A stretch of DNA of 64,000 nucleotides, taken from positions 320,001 to 384,000 of the forward strand of contig CAXXLL010000003.1 in assembly GCA_963662545.2 (NCBI GenBank), read 5' to 3'. The notes under the pieces are model-generated. The model was not told the DNA's origin. It ran no database searches and saw only the letters and a program-made list of their open reading frames with translations. Position 1 is the first letter of the stretch; every line of letters begins with the position of its first letter. The position numbers were made by a program, and so were the translations under genes. This document shows, in pieces, positions 21,311 through 31,164 of this stretch. The DNA is from Gammaproteobacteria bacterium. Lineage in GTDB: Bacteria; Pseudomonadota; Gammaproteobacteria; Ga0077536.

Positions 21311-22108
21311 GGTTCTGTCAGGTTGGCGCCGGATCGCGGACAATTAACGCATGACAGAAGCTCCTAATTATCGCGGATATCGATTTCCGCCTGAAATCAT
21401 CGCGCGGTCGGTGTGGTTGTACCCTCGTTTTACGCTCAGCTTTCGCGATATCGAAGACCTTTTAGCCGAGCGCGGCGTGACGGTTTCGTATGAAACTATC
21501 CGCCAGTGGTGTCTGACGTTTGGACCCGATTACGCTCGCCGAATTAGGAAACATCAGGGGCCTTGCGGCGACTGTTGGTTTCTCGATGAGGTCGTCGTCT
21601 CAATTCAAGGAAAGCGTCGTTACCTTTGGCGAGCCGTGGACCAAGACGGCGATCTGATTGAGATCCTCGTACAAAAACGCAAGGATACTAAAGCCGCTAA
21701 GCGCTTCTTTCGAAAGGCGCTACGCTCACAAACAGCCGTTCCTATCGAGATAACAACCGATAAGCTCCGTAGTTACGCCTCAGCCAAACGCGAGGTAATG
21801 CCGTCCGTGCCACACTGCCAAGATCACTATGCGAATAACCGCGCGGAAGTTTCACACGAGCCGACGCGGGAACAAGAAAGGCAGATGCGCGGGTTTCGAT
21901 CGGACGGACACGCGCAGCGCTTTCTAAGCGTCCACGGTCAAGTCAACAATCTGTTTCGCCTCGGTCGTCATCTCCTCAGAGCGAAGAACTATCGTGAACT
22001 ACGCTCCAAGGCATTTCTCACTTGGTCGGAGGTGACATGCGCCTGCTGATTGACGATGATTCTACTTGCTCGAAAGATCGGGCCTGCGCGCAACAACCTG
22101 ACAAAACC
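21311..22108 (+). mobile_element. IS6 family element, complete copy
   Basis: IRs GGTTCTGTCAGGTT / AACCTGACAAAACC (14 bp, 1 mismatch). Confidence 0.95.
21351..22049 (+). CDS. IS6 family transposase
   Basis: YRFPPEII, WFLDEV, YLWRAVDQDG, TDKLRSY, NNRAEVSH. Confidence 0.95.
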   Translation: MTEAPNYRGYRFPPEIIARSVWLYPRFTLSFRDIEDLLAERGVTVSYETIRQWCLTFGPDYARRIRKHQGPCGDCWFLDEVVVSIQGKRRYLWRAVDQDGDLIEILVQKRKDTKAAKRFFRKALRSQTAVPIEITTDKLRSYASAKREVMPSVPHCQDHYANNRAEVSHEPTREQERQMRGFRSDGHAQRFLSVHGQVNNLFRLGRHLLRAKNYRELRSKAFLTWSEVTCAC

Positions 22109-22412
22109 CTTTTTCACATTGCTGCCGGGATCGGACAGAACAGGTCCGAACACCACAGGGGGAGAGACGAGAAGCGCGAAGCTGGAAGTTAAACGAGATC
22201 ACTTCCAGCAACTCCGCAACGAAAAACGTGCGCGGGGAGGGGGGGGGTGATATCGAATGCTATACACAGATGTCTTGGAGCAGTTTTGGCGTTTTTTAAG
22301 GCGGAGCGTTGCCCCCGGATCAACCCTTCTGAGATTTGGGAATTGCGCGAAATTGCAGCTCGGGCCAGGGCCGGATTCGAGGCGCTTTCCTCACTTGAAA
22401 ATTGGCCGAAAA

Positions 22413-22502
22413 TTGGGACCCCATTTCCCAGCTCCGGTGACGATACAGCGTGGGAAATGGAATTGGACCCCATTTCCCCGGATTTTTGGGTCCCATTTCC
22501 CA
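22413..22502. repeat. Cluster of GG(G)ACCCCATTTCCC-like repeats (three direct, one inverted half)
   Basis: Copies near 22413, 22461 and 22486, inverted TGGGAAATGG at 22451; non-coding; iteron- or REP-like. Confidence 0.5.
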
Positions 22503-22944
22503 GGACCCGCTTTTCTATCGGATTGCCCCCGCTGTGGTTACGTCTGATCGAAGCCCGGCACGGGGTCGAAGAGCGGAAGGGGGAGCGAACGGGAGCGACC
22601 CCCCCCCTTTTTGGGGTGTCTCCGTGTCCGCACCCACTCTTCATTTCCCATTCGTGTGTACGGACACGTAGCCCCCCCGGTTGGGGTCGCTCCCTTGTCA
22701 TTTATCCCTGCGGGAAGGCTCGGACTCGGACCTGATAATCGGAAGCGCAGCCAAATGAAATCTCCACATATTGCCTCTGTAGTCGGGCGGCGGAAACCCG
22801 GCGATCGTGCCGGCGGCGGGGTCTCAGTGGTGGTGAACGTCGCGTAGAATTTCAACCGAGCCGCCGTCGAGCTTCAACAGCGGGCTGGCATCCACCGCAG
22901 CAAATGAAACGGACCCCAAGCTAGCTCCAACATGAGGAGGAAAC

Positions 22945-23661
22945 ATGACCAACGCTGAAACCAACACGGGTGAGCAGGACTGCGGTCCGGTCGACCCTTC
23001 GATGATCAGCGCAGAGATGCGCACGATCTATGTCTATATTAGCAATACCCTGCTGGAGGAAGGTAGGCGGCCGTCGCTTGAGGAAGTCGCTGAGAAGACG
23101 GTACAGCCGCTGGAGGTGGTTAAACAGGTACTCGACGTATTTGAGAGCGTTGGCGGAATCTATCGCGATCCGTTCTTTAAGAACGTCATCGCCTTCTATC
23201 CGGTGGCGGCTATCCCAACCATCCATCGGATCGTACGGGGAGACAGTGGACGCATCGCATATTCGCCCTGCGCCATGGACGCGCTGACGTTGGCACCGAC
23301 CTTGGAGCGTATGTTGGCCATCCGATCGGCGTGTAGATACTGTGACCGTGAGATCTCGATTAGCTACAATGACACCGGTAGCAAGATTACCGAGCACACG
23401 CCTGATGATATTTGGATCTGGATCGAGGATCGTATTCCGAGCGATGCACCTTACTACCTGGTCGTGTGCATCAACACGAATTTCTTCTGTTGCCGGGACC
23501 ACCTTGACAAATGGCTGGCGGCCGAGACAATCATCCACAGCGGCAAACCGTACAGTCTGAGCGAGGCATTTGCCGCAGCTGACCGATGGTGTACATACAA
23601 GATGTACAAGCTGGTCGTCGAGGGGCGGCCCTGGGGTGGCAAGGCTCTCGATCAGGTCTGA
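22945..23661 (+). CDS. merB: Organomercurial lyase MerB-family protein
   Basis: RBS GAGGAGG; N-terminal wHTH-like region; YSPCAMDAL (Cys/Asp) and VCINTNFF (second Cys) match the MerB catalytic layout. Confidence 0.7.
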   Translation: MTNAETNTGEQDCGPVDPSMISAEMRTIYVYISNTLLEEGRRPSLEEVAEKTVQPLEVVKQVLDVFESVGGIYRDPFFKNVIAFYPVAAIPTIHRIVRGDSGRIAYSPCAMDALTLAPTLERMLAIRSACRYCDREISISYNDTGSKITEHTPDDIWIWIEDRIPSDAPYYLVVCINTNFFCCRDHLDKWLAAETIIHSGKPYSLSEAFAAADRWCTYKMYKLVVEGRPWGGKALDQV

Positions 23662-24440
23662 GAAGCGCGGTCCGACTCAGGTCACGAAACCATCCAACAG
23701 TTCGTGGAGCTTCGAGATAGCATCTCCTTAACCCCGGAGATCAGTTGTGTTGATCGTGTGGGTGGCGCGAGCACGTGACGCTCAGCTGGGGCTCGATGAA
23801 TCGTCGGGAATGGTTGCGTAGTCGTCAACCGAGCCGCCGCTGAATTTCAACAGCGGATGGGACAAGCCCGTGGGCACGCTGAGGCCCAAACAAGGCTCGG
23901 TAGCGCGTTGAGGCTGCCCCGTGACGGGCGAACGCTGGCCGGGTACCCCCCCCCAGCCGTCTGTCGCCCAGTAATCGAGCCTGAGGTCGCTCAGTGCCGG
24001 CGCCTGCTGGCAACCGATGCCCCCCCTATCTGATCGGCCCGCAAGTCCGCCAGGGAGGCTCCTGGGCGATCCTGCGGCCCTTCTCCGGGCTTTTCTTCTC
24101 CCGTCTCCCCCTCCTGTGGTCCTTCCCGGTCCTGCCGTTCAGCGCGGGGTTGGCTGATCCGATTCCACCGGTTTTCACCTTAAAAGGGTCTTCTTCCGAC
24201 TCCGATCCGGCGCGCGACAGTAGCAAAAAAACGCGGTGCGATCAGAAAAGACCCATGCAGACCAACCCAGCCCCGGCATCCCAAGACCGCGCACCGTAGA
24301 TTCAGCCCCCCGACCCATACAAGCCGGGGGCGCTCCGCCCCCCGGACCCCCAGGTATTACTTTCGATCAATTCGATCTAGAAATCAGGGAATCAACTGGC
24401 TCCGCCACCAATACATAGGGCCATTTTTTACACACCACAG

Positions 24441-24716
24441 CTAAGTCAATGAATCTATTGCGATTGCGAGTGGTTGCCTCAATTCGTTTGCTACGGTCTT
24501 ATGCGTGCATCCGACCACTACCGCGATCTGCCGCAGCGACAGCCCCGCCCGGTGCAATTCAACGATCTTCTTGGCCCTTTCCACGCGCTTGGATTGATAC
24601 CCTCTCGCGGCCCTGTCCTTCTCATTGCGTCGCCGGTACTTGGGGTAGCGGGCGCATTTTAACGGAAATATACGGTTTGGCTCTGTAGCGAGCCTTGGCT
24701 GCTTCTGAAAGCGCAT
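24441..24716 (-). CDS. Small HTH protein (possible replication protein remnant)
   Basis: GLSLRQIAVVVGCTHKTVANEL helix-turn-helix. Confidence 0.5.
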   Translation of the reverse strand: MRFQKQPRLATEPNRIFPLKCARYPKYRRRNEKDRAARGYQSKRVERAKKIVELHRAGLSLRQIAVVVGCTHKTVANELRQPLAIAIDSLT

Positions 24717-24876
24717 ATTTCCATCGGAGATTCGACTACTTTGGCAGATTGATTTCAGCGGTCAACACCCTCAACGCGAGCTCTGCCTCGTCCATTTCCA
24801 GAACACTAATCACACTTTTTGTCGCGATCTGCTCAACGTAGTCGTGGAGCTTGCTAACTGCGATTTTCGGAACCGA

Positions 24877-24990
24877 GTGAACACTTTCCTACTAAACTGT
24901 TCACAGATAAGTCACGGCGATTGCATCAAAGTGGCTTTACTGATTCATGGGTTGACAATAAGGTGAACAAATGACTAATGATCTGTTCAC
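24877..24990. promoter_or_regulatory. Two 28-bp palindromic recombinase-binding sites GTGAACA-N14-TGTTCAC
   Basis: Sites at 24877-24904 and 24963-24990; the second overlaps the recombinase ATG. Confidence 0.7.
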
Positions 24991-25552
24991 AAATGACGGA
25001 AACCGCAAATATCTGAATGCCGATGAATTGGAGAATTTCATTGCTCAAGCGATTGCACAGCCCCGCGCCGAGGTGCGGACGTTCTGCCTTGTGTTAGCGC
25101 ATACAGGTTGCCGGATATCTGAGGCGTTGGAATTGACCGCCAAGAGCGTCGACGTGACAGAGGGCGCAATCAAGTTTCGGACGCTCAAGCAACGCAAGAA
25201 GATCAAATATCGCTCTGTTCCTGTCCCTGACAGCACGCTGGATGCCCTCGAATTGGTTCACGGCATCCGTAAGGCTCAGAAATCGCGTAAACGCCCCTCA
25301 CGGCTCTGGCAGTGGGGCAGGACGCAAGCCTATAACCATGTCAAAGCCGTTATGGATGCAGCCGAAGTGCAGGGGGCACAGGCCAGCCCGAAGGGTTTAC
25401 GGCATGGTTTCGGCGTGAGAGCCACCCAAAGCACCCGAAATCCGCGCCTTGTTCAAAAATGGCTGGGGCATACGACCTTAGAAATGACAACGATTTATAT
25501 GGATGTTATCGGGGATGAGGAACGGGATGCAGTGCGGGAAATGTGGTCGTGA
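24971..25552 (+). CDS. Small tyrosine recombinase (plasmid resolvase type)
   Basis: HTGCRISEAL, KGLRHGFG, WLGH, TTIY catalytic residues. Confidence 0.93.
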   Translation: MTNDLFTNDGNRKYLNADELENFIAQAIAQPRAEVRTFCLVLAHTGCRISEALELTAKSVDVTEGAIKFRTLKQRKKIKYRSVPVPDSTLDALELVHGIRKAQKSRKRPSRLWQWGRTQAYNHVKAVMDAAEVQGAQASPKGLRHGFGVRATQSTRNPRLVQKWLGHTTLEMTTIYMDVIGDEERDAVREMWS

Positions 25553-25589
25553 GTGATCCAGAACCGAAATTGAAAAGTGAGCCTCGATA

Positions 25590-25832
25590 ATGGATATCAC
25601 TGGAGGCAAAGAAGAAGAAGTGCCGATTGAGCAGCAGCTTGAAGCACTGGAAGACGAACGCAAAGAGATTGACGAAGCCCACGATAGCGGCAGCATTTCC
25701 ACGCAGGAATACAAAAAGCTGATCTCGAAAAACAAGTTTCAGAGAGCGCAGATTATCGAGAAAAACGAGCAAACCTTGCAGCGACAGCAGCAACAAACTT
25801 TTGAGCGAACCCGCGACCGCTTCAATGATTGA
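25590..25832 (+). CDS. Hypothetical coiled-coil protein
   Basis: 80-aa charged ORF downstream of the recombinase. Confidence 0.4.
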   Translation: MDITGGKEEEVPIEQQLEALEDERKEIDEAHDSGSISTQEYKKLISKNKFQRAQIIEKNEQTLQRQQQQTFERTRDRFND

Positions 25833-26214
25833 GAGTAAGCCAAAGACCAATACTCGACCCGCCGCATTACGCAAAACGGGGGCAGCCGCGTACTTTGAAT
25901 ATCTTGTTATGGGTGTGCTTGCCCTTATTTATTATTGGGCGTTCAGTCATGAAAATATTGTCAGGGTGTTTCGTGGCTTCGAGTGGACGGGCAATGACCT
26001 GTTTTCTGGCCATGCTGCGATGTATGCCGCCGTGCTTTTCGCTTCCCTGTATCTTTTCACCATGCCGCGCTTTGGGCTGATCTCTTTGCCGCGCTGGTTT
26101 AACCCGACTTGCAAATATCTATCCGTTTTCTGCATCGAACGTCTGTGCTGCCGCCGGAAGGGTACCTACTGTGACGAGCAGCATCGCAGCAGCAGCGAAG
26201 AGTTGCGTCGTTAA
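25801..26214 (+). CDS. Hypothetical membrane protein
   Basis: Two hydrophobic segments; start uncertain. Confidence 0.4.
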   Translation: MSEPATASMIESKPKTNTRPAALRKTGAAAYFEYLVMGVLALIYYWAFSHENIVRVFRGFEWTGNDLFSGHAAMYAAVLFASLYLFTMPRFGLISLPRWFNPTCKYLSVFCIERLCCRRKGTYCDEQHRSSSEELRR

Positions 26215-26225
26215 CATTGTCCTCG

Positions 26226-26771
26226 TCATGATGATTCCTCAGTAGAGCGGCTTTGCCCGGTGTGTGCGCTCAGGCGGGGCCGCCTTGGATGCACGCGGCG
26301 AGCTCGTCGACGCTGGTTCTGCGACTCAATTGAGGCGAGATCGTGATGGAATTTTTCTCTGACGCGGTCAAGGTGCGCCAGATTCCCCTCAAATTCCAAC
26401 AGCCTGTCAGTGATCTGCTCATCGCTGAGTTTCTGCGGATCGTTATCCAGCACGCTCCGGGCTGCCTGTTGCATCGGGCCGATCGCTGTTTGCTTCTTTT
26501 CCACCTCATCTACGTACAATTTGAGACGGCTGCTGCCGCCCTGCCCGGCAAACATGAACAAGGTCTGGTAGCCCATTTCCAGTTCATTGCTGAGGTCGTC
26601 GATGTGGATGGTTGCCGCCACCACCTTGTTGGCGAGTAGCGAGACTTCTCGGACCTGCCGCACTCGGTCAGACTTAGCGACATTCCGATTGGCTTGATAG
26701 GCAATGGCGGCCGATACGAACGCCGCGAGTGCACTGAACGGTCCCACCAGGTCGGAGAAGTCAAAGTCCAT
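26226..26771 (-). CDS. Hypothetical protein with N-terminal TM helix
   Basis: 181-aa ORF, helical. Confidence 0.55.
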   Translation of the reverse strand: MDFDFSDLVGPFSALAAFVSAAIAYQANRNVAKSDRVRQVREVSLLANKVVAATIHIDDLSNELEMGYQTLFMFAGQGGSSRLKLYVDEVEKKQTAIGPMQQAARSVLDNDPQKLSDEQITDRLLEFEGNLAHLDRVREKFHHDLASIESQNQRRRARRVHPRRPRLSAHTGQSRSTEESS

Positions 26772-26816
26772 GGCACCGGTGTCCTGTCATGAACAAACCC
26801 TCAAATATGGGTTTGT

Positions 26817-27122
26817 TCATTTGTGGGTAATACCCGCCTCTTTCTCGAGTTCCTCGGTGCGGGCCGCAATGAAGGTCTGCATCTCGTTAACCATCTTGCG
26901 ACTCGTGGCGCTGCAGGCGGTCTTAAAACGCGTGTGCAGGCTTTGCGGCAGGTCCAAGCTCAGACGCTTAGTAGGCTCGGTCTTCGTCTTCGCGGCAGTT
27001 GGCGTGCCCGCTCGCTGACTGGGCTTGTCGTGACCGGTGCCGCCGCGCTCGAACGCGGCGATCTGATCGTCGGTCGGCTGCTTAGCCGGTTTGGGTGCGG
27101 TTGCGAAGTTCTTCTGTGCCAT
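26817..27122 (-). CDS. Plasmid partition accessory protein (ParG-like ribbon-helix-helix)
   Basis: KRLSLDLPQSLHTRFKTAC RHH pattern; overlaps the parA 3' end. Confidence 0.75.
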   Translation of the reverse strand: MAQKNFATAPKPAKQPTDDQIAAFERGGTGHDKPSQRAGTPTAAKTKTEPTKRLSLDLPQSLHTRFKTACSATSRKMVNEMQTFIAARTEELEKEAGITHK

Positions 27123-27738
27123 GGCTGAGGATTTCTTTGGTTAGGGATTGAATTTCGTGAGCGGCCGGGCTCTTTGGCGCCCACTCGAAAATGCTCTGAC
27201 CCATAGTCAGACTTTCCGCGAAGGGCACGCGATTCTCGACCTCGGCCGTGAGGATCGGGATACCGCCTTCGGCGGCCATCTCGCGAATCTGCCGGCCAAT
27301 CACCGTATTCCGAATTTTGCGGGAAACCACAAACCCACATTTGAGGGTTTCTTTGTACTCCTGAGCTTCCTGGACCTGTTTGACGGTTAAGTCTGATGCC
27401 CAAGTCGATAGACCCGAGGGCTCGATCGGTAACGCCACGAAATCGGAAGCGATGATGCAGGAACGGGCTATTTCTTCGGCGTGTGGTGGGCCATCGATCA
27501 CGGTGAACTCGAAATCGGCGGCGAGCTTCAAGGCGTCGCGCGCCATGTTCTCACGTGCCAGGCTCACGACCTGAAAGGGCGCATCCTCGCGAAGACTCGC
27601 CCAGGTGCTCGTTGAGCCTTGCTTGTCAGCATCGATGAGCAGGACTTTGTGGCCCCGGTTGGCGAGGTCTGCGGCCACATTGATGGAGAGGGTGGTTTTG
27701 CCAACGCCGCCTTTTTGATTCAGGAACGCGATAATCAT
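27082..27738 (-). CDS. parA: ParA family partition ATPase (type Ib)
   Basis: NQKGGVGKTT, LIDADKQGS, VIDGPP. Confidence 0.93.
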   Translation of the reverse strand: MIIAFLNQKGGVGKTTLSINVAADLANRGHKVLLIDADKQGSTSTWASLREDAPFQVVSLARENMARDALKLAADFEFTVIDGPPHAEEIARSCIIASDFVALPIEPSGLSTWASDLTVKQVQEAQEYKETLKCGFVVSRKIRNTVIGRQIREMAAEGGIPILTAEVENRVPFAESLTMGQSIFEWAPKSPAAHEIQSLTKEILSHGTEELRNRTQTG

Positions 27739-27756
27739 GGCGCGTACATTAGCTCA

Positions 27757-27806
27757 TTTGTGGGAATGTGGGAATGTGTGAATGTGGGTTTGGGGGTAAC
27801 CACATT
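27757..27806. repeat. Tandem 8-bp TGTGGGAA-like repeats, putative parS centromere/operator
   Basis: tttgtggg-aatgtggg-aatgtgtg-aatgtggg-tttggggg directly upstream of parA; similar units at about 26805-26828 after the partner gene. Confidence 0.65.
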
Positions 27807-27874
27807 CTAGGATATCGCGCACACCGCATTATATACTTTACGTACAGCGTACAAGTGTGCTAGGGTCAGTGTCC

Positions 27875-28153
27875 ATGATTCGAAGCTTTGGCGACCGTAA
27901 CACCGAACGCTTTTTTGGAGGCCAACGGGTTCGCGCCTTTCAAGGCTTTGCGAATCAGGCAGCGCGCCGATTGACCGTTTTAGACAGTGCAGAATCGCTG
28001 CAAGACCTGGCCGGGTTGCCGAGTAATCGATTAGAGCGGTTATCCGGCGATAGGGCACGGCAGCACAGCATTCGGATCAATCAACAGTGGCGCATTTGTT
28101 TTTGTTGGAAAGAGGATGGTCCTTACGATGTCGAGATCGTGGACTATCACTGA
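27875..28153 (+). CDS. higB: HigB (RelE/ParE family) toxin
   Basis: MIRSF, PSNRLERLSGDR, SIRINQQWRICF, VEIVDYH. Confidence 0.93.
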   Translation: MIRSFGDRNTERFFGGQRVRAFQGFANQAARRLTVLDSAESLQDLAGLPSNRLERLSGDRARQHSIRINQQWRICFCWKEDGPYDVEIVDYH

Positions 28154-28167
28154 ATGAGGTTTAGGAC

Positions 28168-28479
28168 ATGAGTTTTAAAAATGGTATGCGGCCGGTACAT
28201 CCCGGCGAAGTGTTGCGTGAGGAGCTCGAGGAGCTCGGCTTGTCGGCCAATGCAATGGCGCAAGCATTAGACGTGCCCGCGAATCGTGTCTCGGCCATTT
28301 TGAAAGGGCAGCGTGGCGTCACGGCCGACACGGCACTACGGCTCTCGCGGTTCTTCGGAACCACACCGCAAGTGTGGATGAACCTGCAGAAAACTTACGA
28401 ATTGCGTGTGGCTGAAAACGAGTCCGGCAAGGTGATCGCGAAAAAGGTGAAGCCTTGGGCGGCGGCAGCGAGTGCATGA
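28168..28479 (+). CDS. higA: HigA antitoxin
   Basis: HPGEVLREE, RGVTADTALRLSRFFGTTPQVWMNLQ. Confidence 0.93.
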   Translation: MSFKNGMRPVHPGEVLREELEELGLSANAMAQALDVPANRVSAILKGQRGVTADTALRLSRFFGTTPQVWMNLQKTYELRVAENESGKVIAKKVKPWAAAASA

Positions 28480-28697
28480 TCCAACTTGGCAAGAAAACCA
28501 AACTGACCACGGACGTGGAGAAAGCGTTTGTAGAACTCGGAGGAGGGGACCCGAATAAAACACTCGCGGAAAATGAGTTGCGTGTGGCGTTGCCGAAAGC
28601 CATCGACATCGTCGCCGAGCATCGGCCGAGTATTCTGCGAAAAATTTACGATCGATACGTGGCTGCCGGCGAGCTCCCGCCAATCGAGAAGTTATGA
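28476..28697 (+). CDS. Hypothetical protein
   Basis: ATGA overlap with higA and with the next ORF. Confidence 0.55.
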   Translation: MIQLGKKTKLTTDVEKAFVELGGGDPNKTLAENELRVALPKAIDIVAEHRPSILRKIYDRYVAAGELPPIEKL

Positions 28698-28881
28698 CGC
28701 CTGACTTCGACAACATTAACGCAGCCGATCTCAGCGACGACGATCGCCTAAAGGCGCTGTATCTCGAAGCAGTGCGCCGTAAGTTCTGGCCGAATAACGT
28801 ACGCGCGGTTTTGGAGTTCTTTTGCTTTGCGGAAAAGGCGCTGCACGACGACAAACAGGGCACGCCGGGTAAGCTCTTTTA
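28694..28881 (+). pseudogene. Hypothetical gene truncated by the second IS6
   Basis: Stop codon is created at the IS6 junction. Confidence 0.5.
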
Positions 28882-29539
28882 GGTTCTGTCAGGTTGGCGC
28901 CGGATCGCGGACAATTAACGCATGACAGAAGCTCCTAATTATCGCGGATATCGATTTCCGCCTGAAATCATCGCGCGGTCGGTGTGGTTGTACCCTCGTT
29001 TTACGCTCAGCTTTCGCGATATCGAAGACCTTTTAGCCGAGCGCGGCGTGACGGTTTCGTATGAAACTATCCGCCAGTGGTGTCTGACGTTTGGACCCGA
29101 TTACGCTCGCCGAATTAGGAAACATCAGGGGCCTTGCGGCGACTGTTGGTTTCTCGATGAGGTCGTCGTCTCAATTCAAGGAAAGCGTCGTTACCTTTGG
29201 CGAGCCGTGGACCAAGACGGCGATCTGATTGAGATCCTCGTACAAAAACGCAAGGATACTAAAGCCGCTAAGCGCTTCTTTCGAAAGGCGCTACGCTCAC
29301 AAACAGCCGTTCCTATCGAGATAACAACCCATAAGCTCCGTAGTTACGCCTCAGCCAAACGCGAGGTAATGCCGTCCGTGCCACACTGCCAAGATCACTA
29401 TGCGAATAACCGCGCGGAAGTTTCACACGAGCCGACGCGGGAACAAGAAAGGCAGATGCGCGGGTTTCGATCGGACGGACACGCGCAGCGCTTTCTAAGC
29501 GTCCACGGTCAAGTCAACAATCTGTTTCGCCTCGGTCGT
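28882..29539 (+). mobile_element. IS6 family element, second direct copy, 3'-truncated
   Basis: Matches copy 1 up to about 29539; one substitution seen (29330, TDK>THK); right IR missing. Confidence 0.93.
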
Positions 29540-30735
29540 GTGGGTAGCGAATTCCTATTCATGCGGCGATGGGAGTCTGAAAAAGTCCATTGCAGTGTGA
29601 TATCCATGAATAGTTACGGAGATTTGCGCGTCGAGGCTGGGGATCACCGCTAGCCATTCCCGGTGTATCTCCGCCTAGCGAATGATGAACCCGCTCGCGG
29701 TTGTAGTACTGCCTGAAGTCGACGAGTTTTCGCTCAAGATCCTGAGTGTTCCAGAAGAAGATGTGGTCAAGGTATTCGCGACGGATCGTCCCGATCAGTC
29801 GCTCAACGAAGGGATGCGATTGCGGCGTATACGGGACGGTCTTAATCTCGTCGACCCCAAGAATTTGTAAATTGGCTTGCCATCGGTGATACAGGAATAG
29901 CGGGTCATTGTCAGAACTGAGATAGTGCGGAACACCCTGGGTAGAAATGGCTGTATTGAACATGCGGCACAGGGCGAACCCATCGACATCGCCGGCTTGC
30001 ACACCGAAGCCGATGATGCGACGGGTGAACTGGTCCATCACCACGAGCACCCAGTGGCTGTTCAGCAGAATAGATTCACACCGAAACAGATCAATGCTCC
30101 AGAGGCTGTCCTTGGTGTTTCCGAGGAAGGTCAACCAGGATGGCCCACCGTCGTTGGGCATTGGGCGGTAGTATTTGGCGAGGACACGCCTTACAAGGTC
30201 CTTGTCGATATCGATCCCGAACGTGTTGGCGATCTGCTGGGCGATCCGGCGGCAGCCAAAGCGCGGGTTACGTTGTTTCAGTTCAACGATAGCTTGGATG
30301 AGTTCCGGTGATGGGCCCTTGGGACCTGGCTTTCCTTTTCTGCCCGATGAAAACAGGAGTCGATACTTTCGCTTCTTGAGGATGTCGTGAAATTTCAGAA
30401 GTGTCGATGGTCTGATAATCACGGCAGCCCGCTGAATACGGCGTGGACTGAGAAACAATGACCAGAAGCCGACCAAGAATCGATCAAATACCGAGAGATT
30501 GGGTGCGCGTCGCCGAGAACGATTGATGACCAGGAGTTGCTGCTTCATGAGGAGGCTGTCGGCGACGACGGCCTTCGCACCACCGGGTCCCAGGAGTTTG
30601 GCGATGGTAGTAAATAAATGTGCGACGAGTACTAACAGGTCCTTCATGGCCAGGGAGGTTAGGAAAGGTTGGCGTCAGGAACAAGACTGTCTCAGTTATC
30701 GTTTTCAGGTGAAAATTACGAATTCGCCACAGACG
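29539..30735 (-). mobile_element. IS with DDE integrase-core (rve) transposase, IS481/IS3-like
   Basis: Imperfect IRs TGTGGGTAGCGAATTC / CGTCTGTGGCGAATTC; no TSD, and both flanking genes are truncated. Confidence 0.8.
29559..30647 (-). CDS. Integrase core domain transposase
   Basis: NPRFGCRRIA, WSIDLF, SSDNDPLF, PFVERLIGTIRRE, YYNRERVHHSL. Confidence 0.9.
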   Translation of the reverse strand: MKDLLVLVAHLFTTIAKLLGPGGAKAVVADSLLMKQQLLVINRSRRRAPNLSVFDRFLVGFWSLFLSPRRIQRAAVIIRPSTLLKFHDILKKRKYRLLFSSGRKGKPGPKGPSPELIQAIVELKQRNPRFGCRRIAQQIANTFGIDIDKDLVRRVLAKYYRPMPNDGGPSWLTFLGNTKDSLWSIDLFRCESILLNSHWVLVVMDQFTRRIIGFGVQAGDVDGFALCRMFNTAISTQGVPHYLSSDNDPLFLYHRWQANLQILGVDEIKTVPYTPQSHPFVERLIGTIRREYLDHIFFWNTQDLERKLVDFRQYYNRERVHHSLGGDTPGMASGDPQPRRANLRNYSWISHCNGLFQTPIAA

Positions 30736-31164
30736 GTCCAGTGACCACTCCGCCGGCGGTGATGCAAGGATGTCGCGCAGGTTACAGATTTTGTCGGCCA
30801 GTTTGACGAGTTTTGCACGCTCGGAGGACTTCGATGCTTTTTGCACCTGCAGTCGCTTTCGGGTGTTCTTGTTCAGCCACTTCGAGTCAGTCACTTCAAG
30901 AACGATATCGGCAATTTCTTCGCCGAACTCGCCTCGCAGCTCTTGCCAGGTCGTCTGCGTATCTTCGATTGTGTCGTGCAGAAGCGCTGCCGCCAGCACG
31001 ACCACGTCGTCAACATCACCCTCGGTCCGCAAGACGGTGGCAAGTGCGATCGGGTGGTTGATGTAGGGAGAAGCCTCGGCATTCTTGCGACGCTGATCAC
31101 GATGCTTCCAAGCCGCGAATTCCAGCGCTCTTAATGTCAGGACCAGAGGATCGGTCTTTTCCAT
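30736..31164 (-). pseudogene. HD-domain (Mesh1/SpoT-like) hydrolase, 3'-truncated by IS
   Basis: FAAWKHRDQRRK, PYINHP, ALLHDTIEDT, VKLADKICNLRD; frame enters the IS after WSLDR. Confidence 0.85.

Noticed and set aside
22109-22250. Continuation of the 28694 ORF after the first IS6 (simple plasmid cointegrate)
   Set aside because: The 8-bp flanks do not match and the downstream translation is not convincing.
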